The notes under the pieces: generated by a model | What the model was told of the DNA's origin: nothing | Database searches by the model: none | What the model saw: only the letters and a program-made list of their open reading frames with translations | Position numbers and translations under genes: made by a program | Shown: piece by piece, positions 12,701-24,700 of the stretch | How the letters are laid out: each line of letters starts with the position of its first letter | Position numbering within the stretch: the stretch's first letter is position 1 | Assembly (NCBI RefSeq): GCF_026571515.1 | Contig: NW_026852643.1 | Coordinates: 1 to 62,501, forward strand | From: Ruditapes philippinarum | Lineage: Eukaryota | DNA length: 62,501 nt | Reading direction: 5' to 3'

Positions 12701-15700
12701 TTTGTGAAGAAGCTTTAGAATGAGGTACATTAATTGTCAGAAATAAACTTGTTTAATCTAAATCCCTTAGTTCTTTTAAGATAGATAGCAAATGCTCTTC
12801 TTGGATGGTCTTAAAAGCTGTTACAAAATTTTTTGCTGATGAATGACCAGGTCTATCCTGTTTAGCCAAACCTTTTCTGCTAAAAGTTTCCCCATCTGCC
12901 TTCACAGAAATAGCTCCTCCTAATGTTAACGCTTGAAGGTGGCTGGCTCCCCTGAATGTCGTGATAGCTGTAAGAAAAACAACTTTATATGTTAAAATTC
13001 AATTGATGTTTTTCTCAAAGGTTCAAAAGGAAATGTTTGTAGTGAACTAAGAACTTTAGGCAAATCCCATACAGGCAACAACTTTGTTACAGGAGTTCTT
13101 AAATTGAATACTTTTAATTATCTGATAACAAACGGATGTTGACCAATAGGTATGCTATCTACTGGAGATAAAATAGAGCGGTAACCTACTGTAAACCTTT
13201 ATTGTACAGATCTGATAAAAACTCAGCACAAGTATTTAAGGATGCTGTGAAGGAATCAATATTCTTTTGACGACACCATATCATAAATTGTCTTAATTTA
13301 CTGGAGTAATCTTTCTGAGTACCAGTTCTCCAGCTGGTTGTAAGAAGTTTTGAAAAAACCTTTTTCTCTAAACTGTCTGTCGAAAGCAACCATGCAGTCA
13401 ATTTCAGAACACCTGGATTTGGATGACATATCTGAGATTTTGGTTTTTGTAACACGTTTGTAACCAATAGAAGACATAACGGTTGAGCTTCCGACAGATT
13501 CAATAAATCTGGAAACCATGGGCGTAGTGGCCAGAATGATATTAGAATCAGTTTGCAATGAAATTGTTTAATATGATGAAGAACTCTGGAAATGAGACAA
13601 ATATAGTTCAGCGTTCAAAAAGACATCAACGGGTGCTTGCATATATTTCAAATGACCAACCGACGTTTGCCCATTTTACATAATCAAACGACGTTTGCAA
13701 AATCGACAACAAGTGGAAAACATGGGTTTATCTCGAATATAACCTTGCTAATGAAATTATGAATAAGTTAGGTACGAAAATTACTTGTAAAAAAACATAT
13801 ATCTTCTATTTCTTTCCCTCAACATAGGTTTCCAGTGAACAAAAAAGATTAGAAAAGGTAAAACCTATCGGCGTTTGCCTACCAAAAAGAAAATTTGTGT
13901 CGAAGTGTTCTAAAAAATCACAGAAGCCTCGCAAGTACTACATACATAAAATAAAAGCTCAATTAACGCCGGGTCCTAAGGTCTAGGTCATAATTTTGTG
14001 GATGCAGTAGAAAAAAAGATATCTTCAAATAATTACCTGAAATCGGGTCCGTTATTGCTGAAATGTAAAATCGGCGTTTGCATTTGTGGTCACGTGACAA
14101 AACTTGTTCATCCAGGGTGTTAAATGTCTTTTTAAAACGATTCTTTTTGCATGTAATAAAAAGAAAATTTGTTTAGTTTAGTGTAAGATTGAAATATATT
14201 TCACCTGGTGAACACCAAAAGTTCATATTTCACTCGTGGCTGCGCCACTCGTAAAATATTCCTTTTGGTGCTCACTCGGTGAAATATATTCCGATCTTAC
14301 ACTGAACTAAACAAATATCCTCTATATAATATCATATATGTAATGCTATTTTTGAGGGTAAATAGTATTATAGACTCTTAATTCATTTTATATGTTCACT
14401 TGACATAAGCTTAAGTATTGTGAACACTATCATACTTATTATATTCGTTTTAACCATTGAGCAGGAATACGATAACTCCTTCATATAGATAGAATTGATA
14501 AAACGCGTTTAACTAGACAAGTTTATCTTTTTCATTCAAACTAAATGCACAATACAGTTTAAAAATACACTGTTTATTTAACGTACATTGCACCAAATTC
14601 ATTTATGATTTGGCGATAAAGGACAATCTTTTCAGTCGATAAGGAAGAAAAGTGTGCGTTAGAGACAGGGGATTTTTCAGCTATTATTAGCCAATGTAAT
14701 GTATTTTATGCCCTCGTTTACGTCAGCTGGTTTATTAGCCTTTTTAACACATACCTGTGCCGCTTTTGCGACTCCGTAAAAACGGTATTGCATTGCCGTG
14801 GATTTATTTTGAAGTGGCATCAGTTGCGTTAAAGGCGCACTAAATGTTAGCGTTACATTATAGGCGAGTCAATGAAACATGATTTTTTTATCACTTTTAA
14901 AAGGCTTTGTTTTGGGTATGTGATAAATAGAATATGATATTCGTGTATACTCATTACTGAATTTATTGAACTCGTTGAATAGAATAATATTATGCTCGCC
15001 AGAGGCTCGCATAATAAAACGTTACTCAACTCGTTCAATAAATTCAGTATTGAACTTACACCCATTCAATACCATCTATAACCATTACCTCTCTAAATAT
15101 CTTAAATGGACTTGACCATCTCATGCAAATCGGACAAAACCATTTATTATTGTTGGGGACAATTAAAAAATTTGTACTGTCTGATTAGCAGACCATGATA
15201 AATACATTTGTACAATATGTATCTACTACATTTGTAGCGTCAACTACATTGCCATCAGTTTATAAATGCATCATAATACCAATTACTTTGCCATTAGTGT
15301 AACTTGCGTCAATATTATTGCGATAAATTCATGAATGCATTTAGCTTATACAATATTGTCAGAAATTCATTTCTTCAACTTGTGTCAATTACTATGCAAC
15401 TAGCGTATATCACATTGCCATTAATTACTAAGTGCAACTAGCGTCTTTTCATTGCCAAGTTTTTTCTTGCAACTAGCGTCAGACTATTACATTGTCATGG
15501 ATTTATTTGTGCAACTAATGTAGGCGAATTTATTCTGCAAGCGTCTACAACATTGCCAATGCATTTGTGCACAAACATGCACAGGAGTAGAACCACCGAC
15601 ATTCTATAAGCTAGCTGTATTTCGGGGAAACAATTGCATACACTTCATGCATTCTGTTTGCTCTCTTTACGGTCTAAACATAGCCGCTTATTGAAAGGAT

Positions 15701-18700
15701 TTCAGCAGTTCACATCCATATAAAGTTAGTGGCAAAACAATTTGATAAATAGTCACAACCTGTTTTCTTTTATCTAATCATACATTTAAAAAATACACAG
15801 GGCATGTGTTTCATCTAAAGATATCAGATTTATAAGATTTTTTCTCATGATAACCCATACTCCTTTACGCATATTTATGTTAAAAGATTACATTATCATA
15901 ACAATTCGAATCTTATAAATTTATAAAGAAAGAAGGGAATATTATTTCGTTTATTTTATTTAAACATTATGTTTTCCAGTTTAAAGCTGCATGCCTCCAG
16001 ATGAGCCAAAACATTTCAAGAAACAACAATCTTGATAAAAAAAGTACTTTGATATTAAGAGATGTAAATATATATACAAGATAAAAGTGATCATTTCCAA
16101 ATTATGTGCAATGAATGACCGATTTTGCAGTATTTATCATCATATTTCCACTGCGTTACTATCGCTGTAACGGAAGTGTTTGCATATTGTGACCTTCTTT
16201 TTTGTAAAATACATGTGTTGTAAGTGCCGTTTGTTAAGTGTAAATCGTTTTCACAATATTTTGCATTTTAATACATTTTCAAAAAAAAAATCATATTCAT
16301 AACATTAACAGGAATGTGGAGGCATGCTGCTTTAAACCCTTTTTTTATCAAAAATTATATTTATATACTCATGTTCCCATACCGACATTTTTATAAATGT
16401 TTATCAAAATTTAATGACAACTCACGTGAAATTATAAACATGTAAGTTATATGGCTACAATTACGCCTGAGCTTATTTCTAAAATTCAGTTGTTTTGCTA
16501 CATTTATAAGTAGCATTGGATGCGGAAATATTATATAGACAGGATGACCCTATGTTTATAGTAAATGATTTCCTTTAGAAAAAGAAATCTATTATTCATA
16601 TACCATCAAATTGGGCGGTGTTATTTCCTCACATAGATAATTTTGTTTCCTTTTTTTCAAATTGGAAAGAAACTTTATCTTATACTAATTACAATCCTGC
16701 ATCCGGAAAATTACACATCGCTCCTATTAAGCGCTTACATCTTGAGCTATTGATCTTTATAACACAACCCGCATTTTCCCTATTGAACATACAAGAACCG
16801 AAAGTTTGTATTATTTAAGAAAAAAATATATTCCAAACTGATTTTAACGCTCAATAAAATCTCTGATTTGGATAAATCATAACATCCTGCTTGTAATATA
16901 ATTCTTCGCATCCGAAATCCAAACTCCCCCCCCATTCAACATAAATACAACACTTTACTAAAATAACTTATATTTTTTCATATATATTGTTATCTCATGA
17001 TTTAATATTCTTATCGCACTTCAAATAACTTGTATTCTGCAGGTGAGATCCGAGGAGTATATAGGTATTAAATATGTACACCAAGTATTTGTATATATAC
17101 GCATTCATTTTTAAAATAGATCAATCAGATGTTGATCAAAATTGTAGATGATAAAAAAGAAATGTCTCCGCAACTAAACGGCCTACATTAGGCGTCCCGT
17201 ACTTCTATACGCATAATTAAAGGCACATTATACCTCAAATGCTTAACGTTTGAAGATATAAGCTATGGTTATAAAACTATTTGTCATGAAAGTAGCAAAA
17301 TGTAAACAAAGTTGTATTTTGAGTTAAAAAACATACTAAGTCACTATAAGTGTACTAATTTCTAAAAAGGCAACATAAGCTATAGATGGTTCAGGTAATT
17401 TACCATTTACATTTCTGGGGAACTATGAGCCTTTAAAGCAGAAACGTTTTGCATTGATTCGTATTTTATATTTTCAGAACGTGCTTACAAACGCTTCACA
17501 ACTGTTGTTTAAAGCCACTCACAATCAGATCTACTTTAGAAAGATAAAAATAATTATACCAAAGACATGGTCACGACAATCAACATACAAGCAGCTCCCC
17601 ACACCTCCACTGAAAGACTCCTTTTTCTCAGTAGACAAAAATGGCGACAAAGCACCGCAGGCTAAAGGACACTTTTTATGTGGGAAGGCCGGCCAGTTTA
17701 TACATTTATCCGATAAGTTTCTGATGGCGAAAGGAAGATCTGCCTGGGGTCTTCATGGTATGTTTGCAAGTTAACATAATAATGTACTCAAGCTCCGGTA
17801 TAATTCAACACGTTTTTGTATTATATACAAAAATTATACAAAATAACAAACGAAGGTGACATTTCAGCTTCTAGAATTCTCAGTTTCATTTTCATAAATT
17901 CACAATTTAACTTCATGAATTCACTTTTCATGATTTCAACTTCGAGAATTCACGATTTCAACTTCGTGAATTCACAATTTCAAGTTTCTGAATTCACGAT
18001 TTTAAATTCGTGAATTTAAGAATTCAAATTCACGAATTCACGATTTCAACTTAAAGAAATCACAATGTCAACTTCACGAATTTACGATTTCAACTTAACT
18101 AATTCATCTTCATGAATTCATATTTTTAACTTCACGATTTCAATTTCAAAACATGAATTCATCAAGTTGAATTAATTAAGTTGAAATCGTGATGTTGAAA
18201 TCGTGAAAGGTATTGGCAGAAATATAATAACATAATATTTACTCTTTTCTCGTAAGAAGAAATAGTTTCTTGATAAGTTTCCAAGAGGCAAGTGTTTATC
18301 ATCTGGTGATAGTTAAATCACGTGTCTGTATTTCCAGCAAAATAAATATTAAAAGATAAATCAAGTATAATATTGTTTTACCTCGGAAAACTACACCTGT
18401 GTTTAAAATATTTTGATAATTACAGGGCAAAATAACATTTTATGGGCCACTTTAAACCTTTCAAACCGACCACATTAAAAGATAAGAAACGAGACCTGTT
18501 TTAATTTTTCTTAGTGCAGGATAGTCAAGCGTAATCAAGATTTCAAGATTTATTCAAAACCAAGGCATATAATATGCATAAATATAAGGTTATGATATTT
18601 CAACAATGTAATGAACAGTTATTCAAAAGTGATTAACAAAACAAATAAACATAAAATTATATAATAAGTCAAACATACAATGCAAAAATAATTTTAGGAT

Positions 18701-21700
18701 TATATACCCTTTTTTAAAAGAACATAACGGCTCATTTTAAAACCGCTTTTATACGGCCATACTATCTAATCTTTAAAACTAATAATATAAAGGACGTTTA
18801 AAGCCTTTAAAATGCAATATTTACCTTTTAGAAACATTTTCATTTGGTGTTTATTTACAGTTTAGTTTTGGTGTTTAGTTACATTTTAGTTTCGTTGGTT
18901 AGTTACATTACCGAAATGGTGCTCATTGGAAATATAACTGAGAATTTCGTGCTTCTTTTGCCTTATGTAAAAATAGAGAGATTTAGTATTTTTTTATGGA
19001 AGTCAAAATGCCACATTATGTTTTACCACTGTCATATTAAATATTTTCATATACAACTCTTCTTTCTAACATTAACAAAACATAAAATATTGGTTAGCTC
19101 TTTCTCCAAAACGAAAAATCAGAGGTCTTTTGGGAATTTAACCAATTTCCTACTCAACTGGTAAAAAGGTGATTTATCTCTGTCACCAATAAAAAACACG
19201 ACATTAAAGGCTGAAAGTGCATCAGAAATATTTTTATTTTCCGAAAGCTTTTTTTGTTGTCCTGTAAAAGCTTCCAAAAAGTTAATGATTACATGAACCC
19301 TCTTTTGCTTCTGTTGCCTTTTGGCAATTAGTACACTTGAATTGATCTGGTATTTTGTATGAAAGTCGAAATACTACTTTGTTTACATTTTATGATACTT
19401 TTATAACAAATAATTTAATAGTCTGCGCTACAAAATTTCAACAGGTGATAAACTTCTAACAGGCCTAACACGCTCTAAAACCATCATTTTATCGCTCGAA
19501 AAGTGATGTTTGCCCTTTTTGTAAAAGAAAAAACATCGATTCTGATGCATTATGTACCATTAAGAAATTATGTTTTGATTGTATTCCAATAGGTAACGTG
19601 GTCGTTCATGAGTGGGGTCATCTCAGATGGGGATTGTTCAATGAATTACCAATGAAAGGAAAACAATTCTATCAGGCAAATGGCAAATGGAACCCAACAA
19701 GGTATGTAGTTTGTACATTGTATTACTATTTCATTGATATTGAAGTTAATTTCAAAACAACCTACGTTTTGTTTAGTTGAAATAAATTATTCGTTTGCTT
19801 TAATTTGAAGAACTGGAAAGAATAAATGAAAACATATCTATTTCTCTGTTAAACCTGTTACATATTGCTAAACATATACTACCACTTTCAATATATGAGC
19901 CGTGTCACGACAAAACCAAAATAGTGCGTTTGCTACCAGCATGGATCCAGACCAGCCTGCGCATCCGCGCAGTCTGATCAGGGTCCATTTTGTTCGCGTA
20001 CCAATTCTATTACAAGTAGAGAAACTGATAGCGAATGGATCAGACTGCTCAGATGCGCAGGCTGGTCTGGGTCCATGCTGGTCGCATACCCATAATGTTG
20101 GTTTTGTCATGACGCGGCTGATATATATTTGATATCATTGTCATCTATGAATGTGTACGAGTATTTATTTGATGCGGAATAAATCTGTTGATGTTAGTTA
20201 GTTGTGATATTTGATACAGAAAATACAAGCTTTTTATCTGACACAAAATGTTTATCATATGCGCAATGATTATATTAAACAGCATACCGTCAGATTCATG
20301 CTAATTTTCATGAACATTTGAAAAAATGTATTTAAAAGTAAAATATTGTCATGTGAAAAAAGAAAGCGATTTACACATTGGCGTTGTCATTTTTAATCAA
20401 CGAAAATTACCAAAAATAAGTCAAAATAGACAATTATAGGCTTACTAAGTCAGTCACTCATGCAGTAGAAATGTGATTAATATTGCAAAATTATTAGCAT
20501 GCAGCTTTTCCTTTAATTTTAAATATTTTTACTTTTCATAAAAGTTTGCATATTTCTCAAGTTTTATTTTCATTAACTATTCTTGGCCCATCTGGAGACA
20601 TTCAGCTTTTAAGGTCCATTGTGCCTCAGAAATGCTTTTATTTTTATTTCCAGGAAATCTTTTATTTTGGTGTCCTCTTAAAATTTTCGAAAAGTCACTC
20701 ATTGCCCAATTGACTGATTTATATTTTACTTCTGTTACCTTTTGGTAATAAGTATACTTGAAGTGATTTAGTATTTTGTTTGGAAGTCAAAATACTATTT
20801 TGTTTACATTTTACTTCTTTAACATCAAATAATCTAATATTCTGCGCCACTTTTTTTGTTTGATAAGCATCTATCATGCTATTAAATAATTAATTAAATT
20901 AAATTAATTATTAAATTGCTATAAAACTACTGTTTGCTCTTGTTCTTTTTAGAAGAAAACAAACTATTCGTGCCTGATGCTTTTTCCCTAAACAAAAGTT
21001 TTTGCGTGTAATTGTTTTATAGGTGCACTACACATCAAAGAAGTTTGTGGTTAAAACCACGTAACACAATCCTAGTAAATGTACTTACTGAATTCTAGCA
21101 AAACCATGCACAAATGATGTTTTCAAAACCTAAATCCAAAACAAATAATCGCGCTAGTTTGATGATATTAATTATATAATAAGGTAAAAATTCAAATATT
21201 TAAAATGCATTAATCTTCATTTACATGTCTAGTTGCTGAATTAGATTAAAACACAGCACTAATTGTTTTTACGAACGATTTATTCAAGAATTAAGAATTA
21301 AAATGATCCATTCCACAGAACCAATCTTGGCTTCTACGCAAATGACTGTTTCGCTATTACCATAGATTGAAACCTTAAATTTCACTTTCAGAATCAAGGC
21401 AACTTTACACATCTGTTTTTGTATTTGTACCATATACATGTGCCAATCCGATACGAAATATTAAAGGTTTAAATGTTGTTATTTAAAAGCTATTACCTTG
21501 GCAAATTGATGCATGAAATTTAAAATATCATTTATACACAATTAAGATCACACGATGCTTAGATAAACAATGTTAAAATTTTCTTGATTCGGTTCTAATA
21601 TAAATAACATAATATACAAACATATATTAAATAATGTAGACTTTTGATGAATGCAGTCGAAATATTTAATGGTATTAAGTAACAATTAACATAATATTAG

Positions 21701-24700
21701 GATAATTATTTTATCAAAAACCAGACTTGACTTCAAGTTGATATGTTATATTACTTCCATATAGTAAAAGATAAATCACTTTCCAATAATCTATCAGTTT
21801 ATTGACTTGTATTATTTTTCTTGATAAAAACAAGTTAAAATGACACTGGAACCAGTGGAACAAGAAGAAAAAATCCGTTAATTGGTCATAATAGCGAATT
21901 AGTCGTGAAAACGTTGTGGTCGTAAGGCGGGGACTGATGTATTAGTTTCATTATAGACAGACGATCTTAAATTTCAAAACATTGGAAAAACTCAAAACAT
22001 GTTCACGTTTTATATATTTTAGCTATCGGAGTTTTGTGACCAGAATATCGAAGAAGTGCAAAAGGAACACCGGCACCAAAGACATGCTCCAACTTTTCAT
22101 AACAAACAATGCAATTATAAAAGTGCGTGGGAAGTTATGAAAACCCATAGCGATTTTCAAAGTATGAAAAACATAACATATTTCTTAATTTATCACATAA
22201 AATAAATCTATAAAATAAAAAAAGTTAAGAACAGCATTAATTTTGGGCGATTAAAGTTCCATTGTGCCTAAAAATGCATTTGCTTTTATTACTCAAAAGA
22301 TTGTTAATTTGGTGTACTTTTATTTATGGTTTCAAAAAGATAATCATTCTCTTTGCTATTTCTAAATGACTAAAAAAATAAAAGTATTTGTTTCTGAGGC
22401 ATAATTGGCCTTTAAAGGCTCATTGTTCCGTCCGTTCTAAAGAATAAAATGTTTACTAGTTTTTGTAGCCAAAATATGCATTTAATATCAGAAGATAAAA
22501 GAAAAAACAAATAATATCTTGAGGTAGCATTTTAGTAACATGACGTCTATCAAAGTTTGAAATTTTATCCTCACACACAATTTTGTGAATCTGTAGAACA
22601 TTACTTTATGAACAATATATCAAACGTATATATTAGACCGACTTTTACCTTGTTCAGTTGTAGACGTTCTCTATACATGAATGTCACATGATTTCAACTG
22701 AAGCCTTAATCATTGCAGCCTGACCACTCAATCTACAATGTGTTGTAAAAACATAATTATTTATTTAAGCTCAATAGCGAAACAAGTTCTTGCAACATTA
22801 ATCACTTTTCGGGTCGCTTCCTGAACCCACATACTGTGTCCTAATTTGATAGAAACATGGTATGACCCGATCTGGGTTCAAACCATAATTTGAGTGAGAG
22901 GCAGACCACTCTTAACACAAACAATATATATTTAACACATATTTAAATATAGTTCCGGTGTATATAATCTACTTTACCCTTAACTTTTTGCTAATAAAAC
23001 GTGGTTTTGTTAAAATCAGTTGTAGCAATTAATGCCCAATGGGAATGCTTAATTTTGAAAGTTGGTGACAGTCTATTTCGGATAAACGTGAAGTCAATGC
23101 AGATGAAAAGAATGTTAACAAGACAGTTATCTACAGTCGCTCAAATATCGCACTTCTTGAGCCTTTTTAATCATTAAATCTTTTCTTATTTGCTTGAAAT
23201 TATTACTGACCCAAAAACTTGCAGTTTTATAATGAGATAGTGTTATCTTAAAGCTACACTTCTTCAATATATTCCTGGTTTATAATTAACTTTATTTATT
23301 CCTATAGACGCTAAACAACTCCCTGTGTCAACAAATACAATCCCAGAATTCGAGATAATACAAGAAACTACGAGTTATCGTGTGTTTGTATTAGATACAT
23401 CGGGAAGTATGCAGGTAATTTGTAGATTTTTTTTTGAATTTCTGACAAAAAAGCAGATTTATTTGCATTTAAATTAATCTTAGACTTTATGTATTTTCAT
23501 GCTGAAAAAGGTAAAACATACTTATGTTAAAGGAAAGATGAACAGTTTAGTTTGTTTTACATTTTACATTGATGAATATCTACTTTTGAATGCATTTCAT
23601 TTTTCTATTACTTATTGTATGTAGAAAATTTAATGGAGATTAGATGAACAATATGCGCAAAACTAATATTTATGTTAAAATATTTTTCGAACCTGTCTAT
23701 TTTGTTACAAATACATTATATAAAATTACTATCTGATTGCCCAGTGGATAGAAATTTTGTACAGTGATTCACGTTTTATTGCTTTTCGTATTTATATATT
23801 ACTATACATCTTCATTTTAAGCAATGTTTTTTTTAATGTTTAAGACTTGTTTACTGCACTCTCATTCTAAAAGTTTGCCTTTCTAATCCTTTCAAAACGC
23901 AAATCCTCTCCATGTATCAAAACCTTACACTTAAAGATAAGCTTCATGGTCTCTCATTACATTAAGGTTTGCCTTTTTATGAATTGTTGCTTCATAATCC
24001 TCTTAGTAAAAGTTTTATTCATAATCCTCTCATGACTTGAAACTTTGCTTCATAAACCTCTCATGACTTAAAAGTTTGCTTTATAAACATCTCGTTACTT
24101 GAAAGTTTGATTCATGATCCTCTCATGACTTAAAAAATTGATTCATAATCCTCTTCCTTAAAAGTTTGCTTCATAAACCTCTCATGACTTGAAAGTTTGA
24201 TTCATAATCCTCTTATGACTTAAAAGTTTGCTTCATAAACCTCTCATGACTTGAAAGTTTGATTCATAATCCTCTCATGACTTAAAAAATTGATTCATAA
24301 TCCTCTTATGACTTAAAAGTTTGCTTTATAAACCTCTCAACACTTGAAAGTTTGATTCATAATTCTCCCATGACTTAAAAAATCGATTCATAATCCTCTC
24401 ATGAATTGAAAGTTTGATTCATAAACCTCTCAATACTTAAAAGTTTGCTTCATATACCTCTCATGACTTTATGCTTCATTATCGTCTCATGACTTAATGC
24501 TTCATAATCCTGTCATGACTTTAATGTTTGCTTTATAAGCTATTCATGACTTAAAAGTTTGCTTCATAATCCTCAATGACTTGAAAGTTTGCTTCATAAA
24601 TCTTTCCTAACTTTATGCTTCATTATACTCAAGTGAATTGTTGCTTCATAATCCTCTTAGTAATTTAAAAGTTTGATTCATAATCCTCTCATGACTTTAA

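Larger units (their letters stand above)
10728..14119. mobile_element. 3.39-kb long-TIR element with CACCCTG...CAGGGTG ends, 5-bp TSD and cargo (Transib-like, pack-type)
   Basis: About 50 bp of perfect terminal IR extending imperfectly to about 460-490 bp; TSD TTAAA at 10723-27 and 14120-24; the empty site is visible in the paralogous repeat at about 920-935. Confidence 0.85.

Noticed and set aside
19868-20132. ORFs MSRQNQNSAFATSMDPDQPAHPRSLIR... and their counterparts at 53809-54169
   Set aside because: They lie wholly within a repeated MITE
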